Below are positions 48,814 through 56,745 of a stretch of 64,000 nucleotides of DNA, piece by piece (the stretch's first letter is position 1; every line of letters begins with the position of its first letter). The DNA is taken from assembly GCA_039915165.1 (NCBI GenBank), contig JBDSNU010000018.1:2064-66063 (forward strand), written 5' to 3'. Made by a program: the position numbers and the translations under genes. The DNA comes from Minisyncoccota bacterium. GTDB lineage: Bacteria; Patescibacteriota; Minisyncoccia; Phycocordibacterales; UBA9973. Under the pieces are notes generated by a model. It saw only the letters and a program-made list of their open reading frames with translations, searched no databases and had not been told where the DNA came from.

Positions 48814-49320
48814 CTACAATCTCCCATATATGACCTTCAACCCTTTCATCATGCTGGCCTTGATAAACTTATTGGCACCTTGGTCTGTGGCCAGGTTTAC
48901 CTTCTTTCCTAGTGCCTCACTTAGGCTTTTTTCTAGAGCTGTCAGACTGCTTATATGAAACGTTCCATTAGGGCTGATCATAATATCGACTTCCCCGTTT
49001 GGATTGGTTTCACCCAGTGCAACGGCACCAAAAATACCAGCATAAATGATAGGATACTTCTTTAGTACGGGTGTTACACGGGCAGTAATATCCTCGATAG
49101 ATAAATCTGTCGGCGGTATCGGCGTAAAGCCTTTAATCGCATAAGTTACACGCGGTGAAACGCCAATCTTCTCTATATCGCCATTTGCGAGCAGTTTCTT
49201 TAATGCCGCATGCACTGATACCCTACTTCTTCCTGTTACACGTGAAAGTTCATTCGGTGAAACCGGATTTTCTGCCTGCAGAATATAATGAAACACCATT
49301 TTGTACGCAACTTCTTCCAT
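48814..49320 (-). CDS. HTH + minimal nucleotidyltransferase (MNT)-like fusion
   Basis: wHTH (SPNELSRVTGRSRVSVHAALKKL) followed by PVLKKYPI.YAGIFGAVALGE..EVDIMI..LSEALGKKVNL. Confidence 0.8.
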   Translation of the reverse strand: MEEVAYKMVFHYILQAENPVSPNELSRVTGRSRVSVHAALKKLLANGDIEKIGVSPRVTYAIKGFTPIPPTDLSIEDITARVTPVLKKYPIIYAGIFGAVALGETNPNGEVDIMISPNGTFHISSLTALEKSLSEALGKKVNLATDQGANKFIKASMMKGLKVIYGRL

Positions 49321-49359
49321 ACCTTACACTTTACAGTAAACTGTAAACATAGACAATGC

Positions 49360-50910
49360 TTACTTCACCCGATGCTTCTGCCTCAACCCTTCAACCTCAG
49401 CTTCATTTGCACCCTCCTTTTTATCCTTCGCTTTTTCCCCGAGAATTTTCAAGGCTGAGTCATTTAGGGCCTCAAAAGCAGTTACACGCTCAGTTAATGC
49501 TTCAATTGTGTTAATTTCAGGATTATCGAGCACTTCTTCAAGTAATGCGTGTAAAATCCAGCCCATTCTCGGTCCCGGTTTCATGTGTAACGTTTCCATC
49601 AGATATTTACCATCGATAGCTAGTTGAGAAACACTTATTGGGTCACGAAGCGCTTCCTCGATCATTGCATGGTATTTTCTTAATCTATATGGTGCTTCAG
49701 CCTTTTTCATCCCCACACGGTCACATTCACGAACTTCCATCAGTAACCAAATAGCTTTTTCACGCCGGCCCTGAGTATAGTCGAAGGGTGATACCTTCTG
49801 AATAATGCGCCGAACAGCAGAAAGAGTGATTTGTTCAGTATCTGAGAAAAACATGTGATTTCTGACCAGAGAAACAACTAAACTGCTTGTTTCACGTGAA
49901 AGTTTCATTCTCTCTAAGATCTTCTTAGTCATTCGGGTCCCAACCACTTCATGACCAAAGAATGTGTACTTATCCTTATTTGAGTCATAGCGACGAGTGA
50001 CAGGCTTACCGATATCATGAAATAGGGCAGTAAGGCGTACTTCTAGTGAGAAATGCTTATCAGCAGCATGCTGAAGCGCGTGTAACAGATGATTGTATAC
50101 ATCATAGATATGAGCACCTTTTTGTTCACAACCTATACCTTCCTCGAACTCTGGGGCAATTGTGTGTAACAATCCAGCTTTCTGAAGTAGATCAATACCT
50201 AGGGCCGGATGCTCAGATTGGATGATTTTAAGGAATTCATCGCGGATACGTTCTTGTGAAATCTTAGTTAGAAGCGAGGATTTAGCAGTTAAAGCAGTCC
50301 ATGTTGTTGGTTCAATAGAAAAATTAAGGGTTGTGGAAAACCTCACCGCCCGCATCATGCGCAAGGCATCCTCTTCAAAGCGCGTAGGGGCATCAAGGAC
50401 ACATCTAATTATTTTGTCCTTTATATCAGACTGTCCTTTAAAAATGTCTACAATTTGTCCATTTTGGACGTTATAAGCGATACTGTTTATTGTAAAATCA
50501 CGTCGCTCCAGGTCTTTTGCTAACTGTGTTTCATATGTAACACTATCCGGACGGCGATTATCTGTATAAATACCCTCTGAACGGTATGTTGTTACTTGAA
50601 CTTCCATTGGCGCGACATAGCTATTTATAGCGGAGGCGGGTGAAACATTCCTAAGTGTTTCATCAGCAGCTAGGTCAATTACTGTAACTGTGCCAAATGC
50701 ATTCTCATATACGGTTTTGAGGTCAGGGAAGCAGGCTGCAATCTGGTCAGGATGAGCATTTGTGGTCACGTCCCAGTCTTTCGGTGTTCTCCCTAGTAAT
50801 AAGTCGCGTACGCAGCCACCAACTAAGTAGGCTTCGTAATTGTTATCTTGTAGAGTCTTCGTTACATGTGAAACGAAAGAGGGGATCTTTGAAGCGTCTA
50901 TTGTATCCAT
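49360..50910 (-). CDS. cca: CCA tRNA nucleotidyltransferase with HD domain
   Basis: LVGGCVRD..KDWDVTT, DLERRDFTIN, EDALRMMRA, ERIRDE, FHDIGKP; start MDTIDA. Confidence 0.93.
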   Translation of the reverse strand: MDTIDASKIPSFVSHVTKTLQDNNYEAYLVGGCVRDLLLGRTPKDWDVTTNAHPDQIAACFPDLKTVYENAFGTVTVIDLAADETLRNVSPASAINSYVAPMEVQVTTYRSEGIYTDNRRPDSVTYETQLAKDLERRDFTINSIAYNVQNGQIVDIFKGQSDIKDKIIRCVLDAPTRFEEDALRMMRAVRFSTTLNFSIEPTTWTALTAKSSLLTKISQERIRDEFLKIIQSEHPALGIDLLQKAGLLHTIAPEFEEGIGCEQKGAHIYDVYNHLLHALQHAADKHFSLEVRLTALFHDIGKPVTRRYDSNKDKYTFFGHEVVGTRMTKKILERMKLSRETSSLVVSLVRNHMFFSDTEQITLSAVRRIIQKVSPFDYTQGRREKAIWLLMEVRECDRVGMKKAEAPYRLRKYHAMIEEALRDPISVSQLAIDGKYLMETLHMKPGPRMGWILHALLEEVLDNPEINTIEALTERVTAFEALNDSALKILGEKAKDKKEGANEAEVEGLRQKHRVK

Positions 50911-50949
50911 ATTATTGCCCCTTGCTTGAATAAGCGAAGTTTTAAATTG

Positions 50950-51021
50950 TGCACCTACCAGGATTCGAACCCAGAACAACGGTTCCGAAGACCGTTGTGA
51001 TATCCATTTCACCATAGGTGC
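50950..51021 (-). tRNA. tRNA-Arg(TCG)
   Basis: GCACCTA..ACGGT-CTTCGGA-ACCGT..GGTTCGAATCC..TAGGTGCA; no encoded CCA. Confidence 0.93.
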
Positions 51022-51050
51022 GTACTAATAACAGTTAAACTATAGCATTT

Positions 51051-51109
51051 GCCGCACAAATAGCAAAAACCCTCAGATGTAATCTGAGGGTTTTTGCTAT
51101 TTGTGCGGC
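51051..51109. terminator. 28-bp inverted repeat overlapping the tRNA-Gly 3' end
   Basis: gccgcacaaatagcaaaaaccctcagat-gta-atctgagggtttttgctatttgtgcggc. Confidence 0.75.
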
Positions 51110-51174
51110 TACAGAGAATCGAACTCTGGTCTCGTCCTTGGCAAGGACGCATTCTACCACTAAACCATAACCGC
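51104..51174 (-). tRNA. tRNA-Gly(GCC)
   Basis: GCGGTTA..CGTCC-TTGCCAA-GGACG..GTTCGATTC..TAGCCGCA. Confidence 0.94.
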
Positions 51175-51489
51175 TATGATCTGCGAACAAAAATAGTATA
51201 ACGGTTTCTGTAAGTTTTGCAATGCCACTTATTATATAGGTGCTTGTCCAATGGTATATGTAATAGGTCAACAGTCTTTTAGACAAAACACGTCCGATAT
51301 TGTCGCAATGACACTGAAAAAGCTCATTAATTGACAAAACTGTGGATAACTGTGTGTGTAAGAGGGATAAAAGACCGGCTTTTATCAAGAGACTTTTATG
51401 TCTTTTTTAAATATCCTTTATTATATATAGGTATAATTGATTTACATGGGGAACAGAGCTATATAGTTTCACGTGAAACATATCTACCG

Positions 51490-51858
51490 TTGATAACTAT
51501 ATTTACTTCAAAAACCCAGCAATTAGGCCAAAGAGGAGAGGATGAGGCCGTAGTGTTTCTCATGAAACATGGTTTTAAGATTGTGGAACGAAATGTGCAC
51601 AGTCGAAATGGGGAGATCGATATAATTGCAAAAAAGAAGCGGATCTATTATTTCTTTGAAGTGAAGGCGGGAAAGCAGGGAAGCTGGTTCAATCCCGCAG
51701 ATAACTTAACTAGAGACAAGCTCAAGAAGTTTCATAAGGCAGTTGAGTACTATCGCTTCAAACATCGGTTCAAAGAGTACAAAGTTCAAGGTATGTTGGT
51801 CTGGTTACACTACGACGAAAAAATACCCCCAGTCATTGAAATAATAGACCTTTCGTAG
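51490..51858 (+). CDS. yraN: YraN family nuclease
   Basis: LGQRGEDEA..GFKIVERN..GEIDIIA..FFEVK; start uncertain (TTG at 51490 assumed). Confidence 0.85.
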   Translation: MITIFTSKTQQLGQRGEDEAVVFLMKHGFKIVERNVHSRNGEIDIIAKKKRIYYFFEVKAGKQGSWFNPADNLTRDKLKKFHKAVEYYRFKHRFKEYKVQGMLVWLHYDEKIPPVIEIIDLS

Positions 51859-51897
51859 TACTATACGTGAGCTAGGCATTTGGCCTGAATAGAATAT

Positions 51898-51970
51898 CGG
51901 GATGTGGTGTAACGGCTAACATGCCTCTTTTGGGAAGAGGTGACTCAGGGTTCGAATCCCTGCATCCCGA
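51898..51970 (+). tRNA. tRNA-Pro(TGG)
   Basis: CGGGATG..CCTCT-TTTGGGA-AGAGG..GGTTCGAATCC..CATCCCGA. Confidence 0.94.
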
Positions 51971-52124
51971 CACTGAGGGAACTACAAAAAAATCAAAAAA
52001 ACCCATACAAAATAAGGTCTATACGACCTTATTTTGTATTCCGCGTCAAAGGGGAGATAGGGATTAGAACTGTGTATGCACTATAAAAAAAGCGGCCAAT
52101 ATATTGGCCGCTACCTAGTTTTCG

Positions 52125-52532
52125 TTAAACGATTGAATTTATCGCATTTTCATATTCTTGGATCTCTTTATCTACTTCCGTCAAAACACTTTCCTGTACT
52201 TTTTGAAACCTTTTGGTTTTAATTGATCGGAGATCTTTTTTGAGCAGCTTTCGAGCGATTTTCTTCTTCTTCGCAACAGTGCTAAAGATCTTTCCAACGT
52301 TGTACATTACAATCAAGGAATAAATTATTCCCATTGTGTAAAAATAGAGTCCAAAATCTAATCGGCCTATAAATTTATTGAACAGGCACTCTACTAGTAG
52401 GGTGCCAATGGTTCCACCTATGGCCACTGAAATTATTAACTTTATTATTTTTTCAACTTTACTATTTACTTTGATAGAAGCTTTTTTGATTGCGCTATCA
52501 ATTAAGTACTGTGATTCAGGTGTATTTTTCAT
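52125..52532 (-). CDS. Hypothetical 2-TM protein
   Basis: 135-aa ORF; TTGACA-17-TACTAT promoter; hairpin downstream. Confidence 0.6.
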   Translation of the reverse strand: MKNTPESQYLIDSAIKKASIKVNSKVEKIIKLIISVAIGGTIGTLLVECLFNKFIGRLDFGLYFYTMGIIYSLIVMYNVGKIFSTVAKKKKIARKLLKKDLRSIKTKRFQKVQESVLTEVDKEIQEYENAINSIV

Positions 52533-53009
52533 ATTGTTATGTTTTAAGGGTTATCTAAAAACCCCTTCATTAGATTCTTAGAAAGCCCTTAAAACAATTT
52601 AAAAGAACATTTAAATAGTATCACGATTTTAGTAAAATGTCAATATCTCATGATACATTACAATATCAAAAAAAGCCCTAAAATGAGCTTGTTGTATAAC
52701 GTTGGACTACATGTCTAAATCTTGGAACGAGTCTGTACTCTCAGGATGTTTGGTGCACAGCCTAACATAGCCCAGCAACAGACTAGCTTTCTCGTATGTT
52801 TCACGATCAGAGAGTTCAATGCCGTAAAGTTTCTTGCATAACTCTTTAAATGTTTGCAGTCGATGAGGTTTGATTTCCATAAGGCATAGATTACAGTTAT
52901 TTGGACTTTTTGCAATGTCACGTCTGTGTTTTTCATTTTGACAACGGACAGCTAAAACTCTCCTGCTAAAAAAGCACCCGGTATTAAGGGGTGCTTTGGG
53001 GTGCGAATC

Positions 53010-53216
53010 TTAGCATTCTCGTAAACCAGTTCTGAAATGTTTGAACACAAGAACTGTTGCCGCAATGAAGGAAATACAACCGAGCGGAATTCCTAATGGG
53101 ATTTCTTTATACGTGCTGTAAACAATAGTGCCGAGTATTCCACCAAGAACTGTACTTGCTGTGCCCATCAATATCATAAGTATTACTGACTGCACATTTG
53201 GAGATAGATATTTCAT
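53010..53216 (-). CDS. Small 2-TM hypothetical protein
   Basis: 68-aa hydrophobic ORF; TTGACT-17-CACAAT upstream; hairpin near 52971-52997. Confidence 0.55.
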   Translation of the reverse strand: MKYLSPNVQSVILMILMGTASTVLGGILGTIVYSTYKEIPLGIPLGCISFIAATVLVFKHFRTGLREC

Positions 53217-53471
53217 AGTCGCGGGATTTTATTTATTGCATTGTGCAATATTTTTTTATATAAGTCAATAAATATGCTGCCTCCCGGAGTTGCCTTTCAA
53301 ACCTGCATTGTATATAGTATTCACAGTCAAAAAGAGTGTACTTTAAACTATTCCTTTTTGGGTAAATGTTCGGTAAAAGTTCTAATGTGATCCCTAAGGG
53401 ACGACACTGATCGATTGCGATCATGGTAAAATAAAATAGTAATGTTACGCAGATAAAAGCGGGCATTGTCG

Positions 53472-53528
53472 CGCCGAAGTTGAAACGAAGTTCGCCTCCG
53501 TTCTCCGAACTTCGGCCCAACGAAGGCG
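53472..53528. repeat. GC-rich REP-like hairpin abutting the tRNA-Gly 5' end
   Basis: cgccgaagt...acgaaggcg with internal cgaagttcg/cgaacttcg. Confidence 0.45.
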
Positions 53529-53596
53529 GGTATAGTTTAGTGGTAGAATGACACACTTCCAATGTGTAGACCAGGGTTCGATTCCCTGTACCCGCA
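53526..53596 (+). tRNA. tRNA-Gly(TCC)
   Basis: GCGGGTA..ACACA-CTTCCAA-TGTGT..GGTTCGATTCC..TACCCGCA. Confidence 0.94.
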
Positions 53597-53760
53597 CAAT
53601 ATCGAACCGTCTTTTCGGTTCACCGCTTCTTGTAAAATAAAGCCCGTTCGACAATACTCTCATTTTTTCGTCAATGAAAATGACAAACGGGTATAGGGAA
53701 TCGAACTGTATATTCCTTATAAACAAAGCCCTCTCAAACATGAGAGGGCTTTGTTGCGAA

Positions 53761-53958
53761 TCACTTTCGTTCGACGACCTGTTTAGTATAGTAAAACTCT
53801 TCTGGCGTTTCCACTGGCTCAAGTGGTTTGATACATAGTGAAACAAATCCTAATAGGGCACTGGCACTTTTATATGCCTCAGCGTCCGTCAGTTCAACGC
53901 CGTGCATCTCTTTGTATAGTTCCTTAAATATCTTAAGGCGCTCGGGCTTGATTTGCAT
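53761..53958 (-). CDS. Small hypothetical protein resembling those in CPR tRNA-integrated islands
   Basis: MQIKPERLKIFKELYKEMHGVELTDAEAY..LLGFV..IKP; family recognised from memory only. Confidence 0.65.
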   Translation of the reverse strand: MQIKPERLKIFKELYKEMHGVELTDAEAYKSASALLGFVSLCIKPLEPVETPEEFYYTKQVVERK

Positions 53959-54077
53959 ATCATCGCAGAGTACAGGGTTTTCGGGGTTTTGCAAAGCGCC
54001 GCATTGCCTTGGCGGTGTCCGGTTCGGATTCGCCTATTAAGTTAAATATGGATCTGATACTATGTAGGAACTACGGC

Positions 54078-54389
54078 ATGCTTTCAGAAGACCGAACATT
54101 TCAATACAGGGGAGTGCTAACCCTAAGGAAGAGCCGCGTTATCAACGCTCCCGACCGACCAGTGGACGACGTGGTCAACTGGCTCTTTCTTAGGGCGGGC
54201 GACGTGCAGTTCAGCTTCGTGTACAAGATCGAGCGTCCCGACGGTGCAGAATACGGAATTCCCTTTTCTGCGCATGTAGCATTCACGGCAACAGAGCATG
54301 TGCAGGAAATTCTTTTGCTGGACAAGGTGTACGAGGTCTTGAGAGGAGAAGAGCTCATCGGAAAGATTGTACTGGCTGAAAAACTGTAG
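54078..54389 (+). CDS. Hypothetical beta-rich protein
   Basis: 103 aa; GC-richer codons; C-terminal YEVLRGEELIGKI. Confidence 0.6.
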   Translation: MLSEDRTFQYRGVLTLRKSRVINAPDRPVDDVVNWLFLRAGDVQFSFVYKIERPDGAEYGIPFSAHVAFTATEHVQEILLLDKVYEVLRGEELIGKIVLAEKL

Positions 54390-54403
54390 CGCATGGCGGG
54401 TTC

Positions 54404-54438
54404 AAAAGTTCGCAACGTTATCCCTAAGTCCGCACCAA
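54404..54438 (+). repeat. att-like direct repeat, copy 1
   Basis: aaaagttcgcaacgttatccctaagtccgcaccaa; 33/35 identical to 56711-56745. Confidence 0.85.
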
Positions 54439-54491
54439 CTCGTGCGCTCACGAGAAGCTTAGAAAAGCTCATTTTCTGATATAATTACAAT

Positions 54492-55274
54492 ATGGAAAAA
54501 CCACCCGGACCGATTGAAAACCCTGATCATGCATGGGAAGTGGCGCATGCTGAAAAGCCTCTTCGAGACATTGCTCGGGAAGAATGGGTGAGTGAAGATC
54601 AAAAGGAAGCTCTGGACGCACTTGCTGAGCAACGTGGCGAAGAGACGCTAAGTCAGCTTCTTTCGCAAGAAGTTCCACAAACCGATGCAAAATCAGAAAA
54701 TAACATCGAGTCTCACGAAGCCGTTGAAAAAATGATGGAGTTGGTAAAAAACAATCCGAACATCAATCTTATTATTGACGGTAACGGAAATGTTCTAGCT
54801 GAAGCAGGAGATAGAGATCGAAACGGTCAATCATCTTTTTATTTTGATACAAATAAGCAGCAGATGGTTCCTTCTCCAATAACTCTTGATTATGATATGC
54901 AAAGTTTTTCTAATAGAGATGAAAATTTTATCCCCTACAAGACTTATTGGAAGTTCACTACGCTTAACAAAAGCAGTAACAATCTTATTGTTGCCTGTCT
55001 CCCATTTAACCCTACTGTAAATAATCCCTATACCAAGGAGCATCGTCCTGGAACACACTTATCGTTTGGTTTAGCTTATAAAAACAACATACCTGGCTTT
55101 CTGGATTCACTTGGAAACGAGACATTGAAAGGATACTTACAAAACCCCGATACCGAAGAGTCTAAAAACTTCTTCACGAAAGTCTTTACTGAAGGCGCTA
55201 AAGAATTCACCCCAAAGTATTGGGAAGCTTTTGTTAACGATTACAATAGTTATAAGAATCATACTAGAAAGTAA
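54492..55274 (+). CDS. Hypothetical protein
   Basis: 260-aa ORF; TGaTATAAT 6 nt before the ATG. Confidence 0.75.
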   Translation: MEKPPGPIENPDHAWEVAHAEKPLRDIAREEWVSEDQKEALDALAEQRGEETLSQLLSQEVPQTDAKSENNIESHEAVEKMMELVKNNPNINLIIDGNGNVLAEAGDRDRNGQSSFYFDTNKQQMVPSPITLDYDMQSFSNRDENFIPYKTYWKFTTLNKSSNNLIVACLPFNPTVNNPYTKEHRPGTHLSFGLAYKNNIPGFLDSLGNETLKGYLQNPDTEESKNFFTKVFTEGAKEFTPKYWEAFVNDYNSYKNHTRK

Positions 55275-55365
55275 AATTCACTAGCGCACGAGAAGAGTCA
55301 ATCTGATATACTTAAAACATTAAAAATAACCTTGCAGGGCAAGGAACTGTTCGGTTTTATCACGA

Positions 55366-55377
55366 GTACCCGCACAA
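55366..55377 (+). repeat. Direct repeat of the tRNA-Gly(TCC) 3' end (attR-like)
   Basis: gtacccgcacaa, identical to 53588-53599. Confidence 0.7.
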
Positions 55378-55526
55378 AATAAAAATGACATCGTCATTTT
55401 TCACTCATGCGAGACAATGCTTCGTTTTCAATACTTTTTCATTCTTGTCAAAAAATAGGCGAACAGGTATAGGGAATCGAACCAAATAAATAAGCCTCTC
55501 ATATATTATGAAAGGCTTATTGGAAT

Positions 55527-55853
55527 TTACGCATATTGTCTAAAAAAAGAATGTTCTGACCTCCAGATCATATTTTTCAATTTCTGGTTTTTTGCGCACG
55601 CAAGTTTTACACTCACTGCTCCAAGCGGTGTAGTTATCACAGATAAAAGCATAAAGCATATCCACGGTAACCAATTCATCTTTCTTGAGTAACTATCCCA
55701 AGCTGTACAGCCCCTGCCTTCTTTATTGAACCCAGGGTAAACGCTCAGGTCATTTTCTATAGTAAGGAACCCGAAGAAAAGAGAAGCAAAAAATGTTATT
55801 GCGATAGAAATCGAAATAATTAAGGAAAGATTGTCTAAAATTAGATTTTTCAT
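55527..55853 (-). CDS. Hypothetical 2-TM protein
   Basis: 108 aa; TTGACA-17-TATCAT promoter. Confidence 0.6.
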   Translation of the reverse strand: MKNLILDNLSLIISISIAITFFASLFFGFLTIENDLSVYPGFNKEGRGCTAWDSYSRKMNWLPWICFMLLSVITTPLGAVSVKLACAKNQKLKNMIWRSEHSFFRQYA

Positions 55854-55972
55854 GATTAAATTTTTAATGTTTTGATTTATAAATATGATAGCATATTATA
55901 TTTATTTTGTCAACATAAACATGATGACAAAATAAAACACGTCAAATCACCTATGTTTGCTATACTTTAATC

Positions 55973-56698
55973 ATGAAATCTACCCTTAAGGATCTTGGGC
56001 TTACGTCGAATGAAATTACTGTCTACGAGGCCTTGGTAAAGTTAAAAGGGTCATCTTCTGCGGGAGACATAATCAAGTTTTCAAACCTTCATCGAAACAT
56101 CGTCTACGATTGCTTGTCTCATTTAGAGAATAAGGGGTTGGTTCAGGAAGTAGAAAAGAACAAGAAGAAATTCTTCAACTTAAAAAGCCCCGATTCATTA
56201 ATTACAGGTTTTGAAAAACAGATAAAAAGCGTTGGCGAACTGTCAAAAATTATCCAAGCGCTCCCATTTGCCAGTGGACACGAAGTTTCTATCTATGAGG
56301 GAAGTATTGCTTGGCAGGAAGCATGGAGTAATGTCATGCAAAATCTCAAACCTAAAAGTACTTTCTATACTATTGGTATGGCGGGAGATCCTTGGGTCAA
56401 ACTAATGGGTGAGACATTCGTTGAGTATGAGCAATGGGCATTGAAAAATAAAGTCACAGACAAGATTATTTCCCAGAAACATCTTCAGAAGGAAATCGAA
56501 GCACACCAAAACAAGCAGTTCTGTGATATCAGGTATATCGATATTGATTTGTCTGCTCACACCAGCATTGAAATTTTTGAAGATAGAGTATTCTTCGAGA
56601 TATATGACAACCCCCAGACTTTGATTGAAATTAGAAGCATGGCCTTAGTCATAACCTTCAAGGCGTATTTTGAACTACTGTGGAAGACCGGCAAGTAA
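55973..56698 (+). CDS. TrmB-family transcriptional regulator
   Basis: LKDLGLTSNEITVYEAL..LHRNIVYDCL..LENKGLV; C-terminal IEIFEDRV..FELLW. Confidence 0.85.
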   Translation: MKSTLKDLGLTSNEITVYEALVKLKGSSSAGDIIKFSNLHRNIVYDCLSHLENKGLVQEVEKNKKKFFNLKSPDSLITGFEKQIKSVGELSKIIQALPFASGHEVSIYEGSIAWQEAWSNVMQNLKPKSTFYTIGMAGDPWVKLMGETFVEYEQWALKNKVTDKIISQKHLQKEIEAHQNKQFCDIRYIDIDLSAHTSIEIFEDRVFFEIYDNPQTLIEIRSMALVITFKAYFELLWKTGK

Positions 56699-56710
56699 TG
56701 ATTGGTGTGT

Positions 56711-56745
56711 AAAAGTTCGCAACGTTGTCCCTAAGCCCGCACCAA
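56711..56745 (+). repeat. att-like direct repeat, copy 2
   Basis: aaaagttcgcaacgttgtccctaagcccgcaccaa, followed by a terminator hairpin to ~56781. Confidence 0.85.

Larger units (their letters stand above)
49234..51569. other. Cluster of parS-like sites
   Basis: Matches to TGTTTCACGTGAAACA at 49234, 49577, 49888, 50527, 50860, 51465 and 51554. Confidence 0.8.
53597..56745. mobile_element. tRNA-Gly-anchored island made of tandem cassettes, no integrase gene
   Basis: tRNA-3'-like sites at 54404-54438, 55349-55377 and 56711-56745; orphan genes; first cassette visibly GC-richer. Confidence 0.65.

Noticed and set aside
50911-51015. Long N-terminal extension of cca in the ORF track
   Set aside because: Runs through tRNA-Arg; the likely start is 50910
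51035-51388. 117-aa minus-strand ORF
   Set aside because: Overlaps tRNA-Gly(GCC) and its hairpin
52715-52936. 73-aa minus-strand ORF MKNTDVTLQK
   Set aside because: No recognisable motif or clear promoter; may be real but unsupported
53233-53846. ORFs 53233..53562 and 53445..53846
   Set aside because: Antisense read-through of tRNA-Gly(TCC); no recombinase motifs
54404-56745. 35-bp repeats as a CRISPR array or classical attC sites
   Set aside because: Spacing is kilobases, no cas genes are present, and RYYYAAC/GTTRRRY cores are absent
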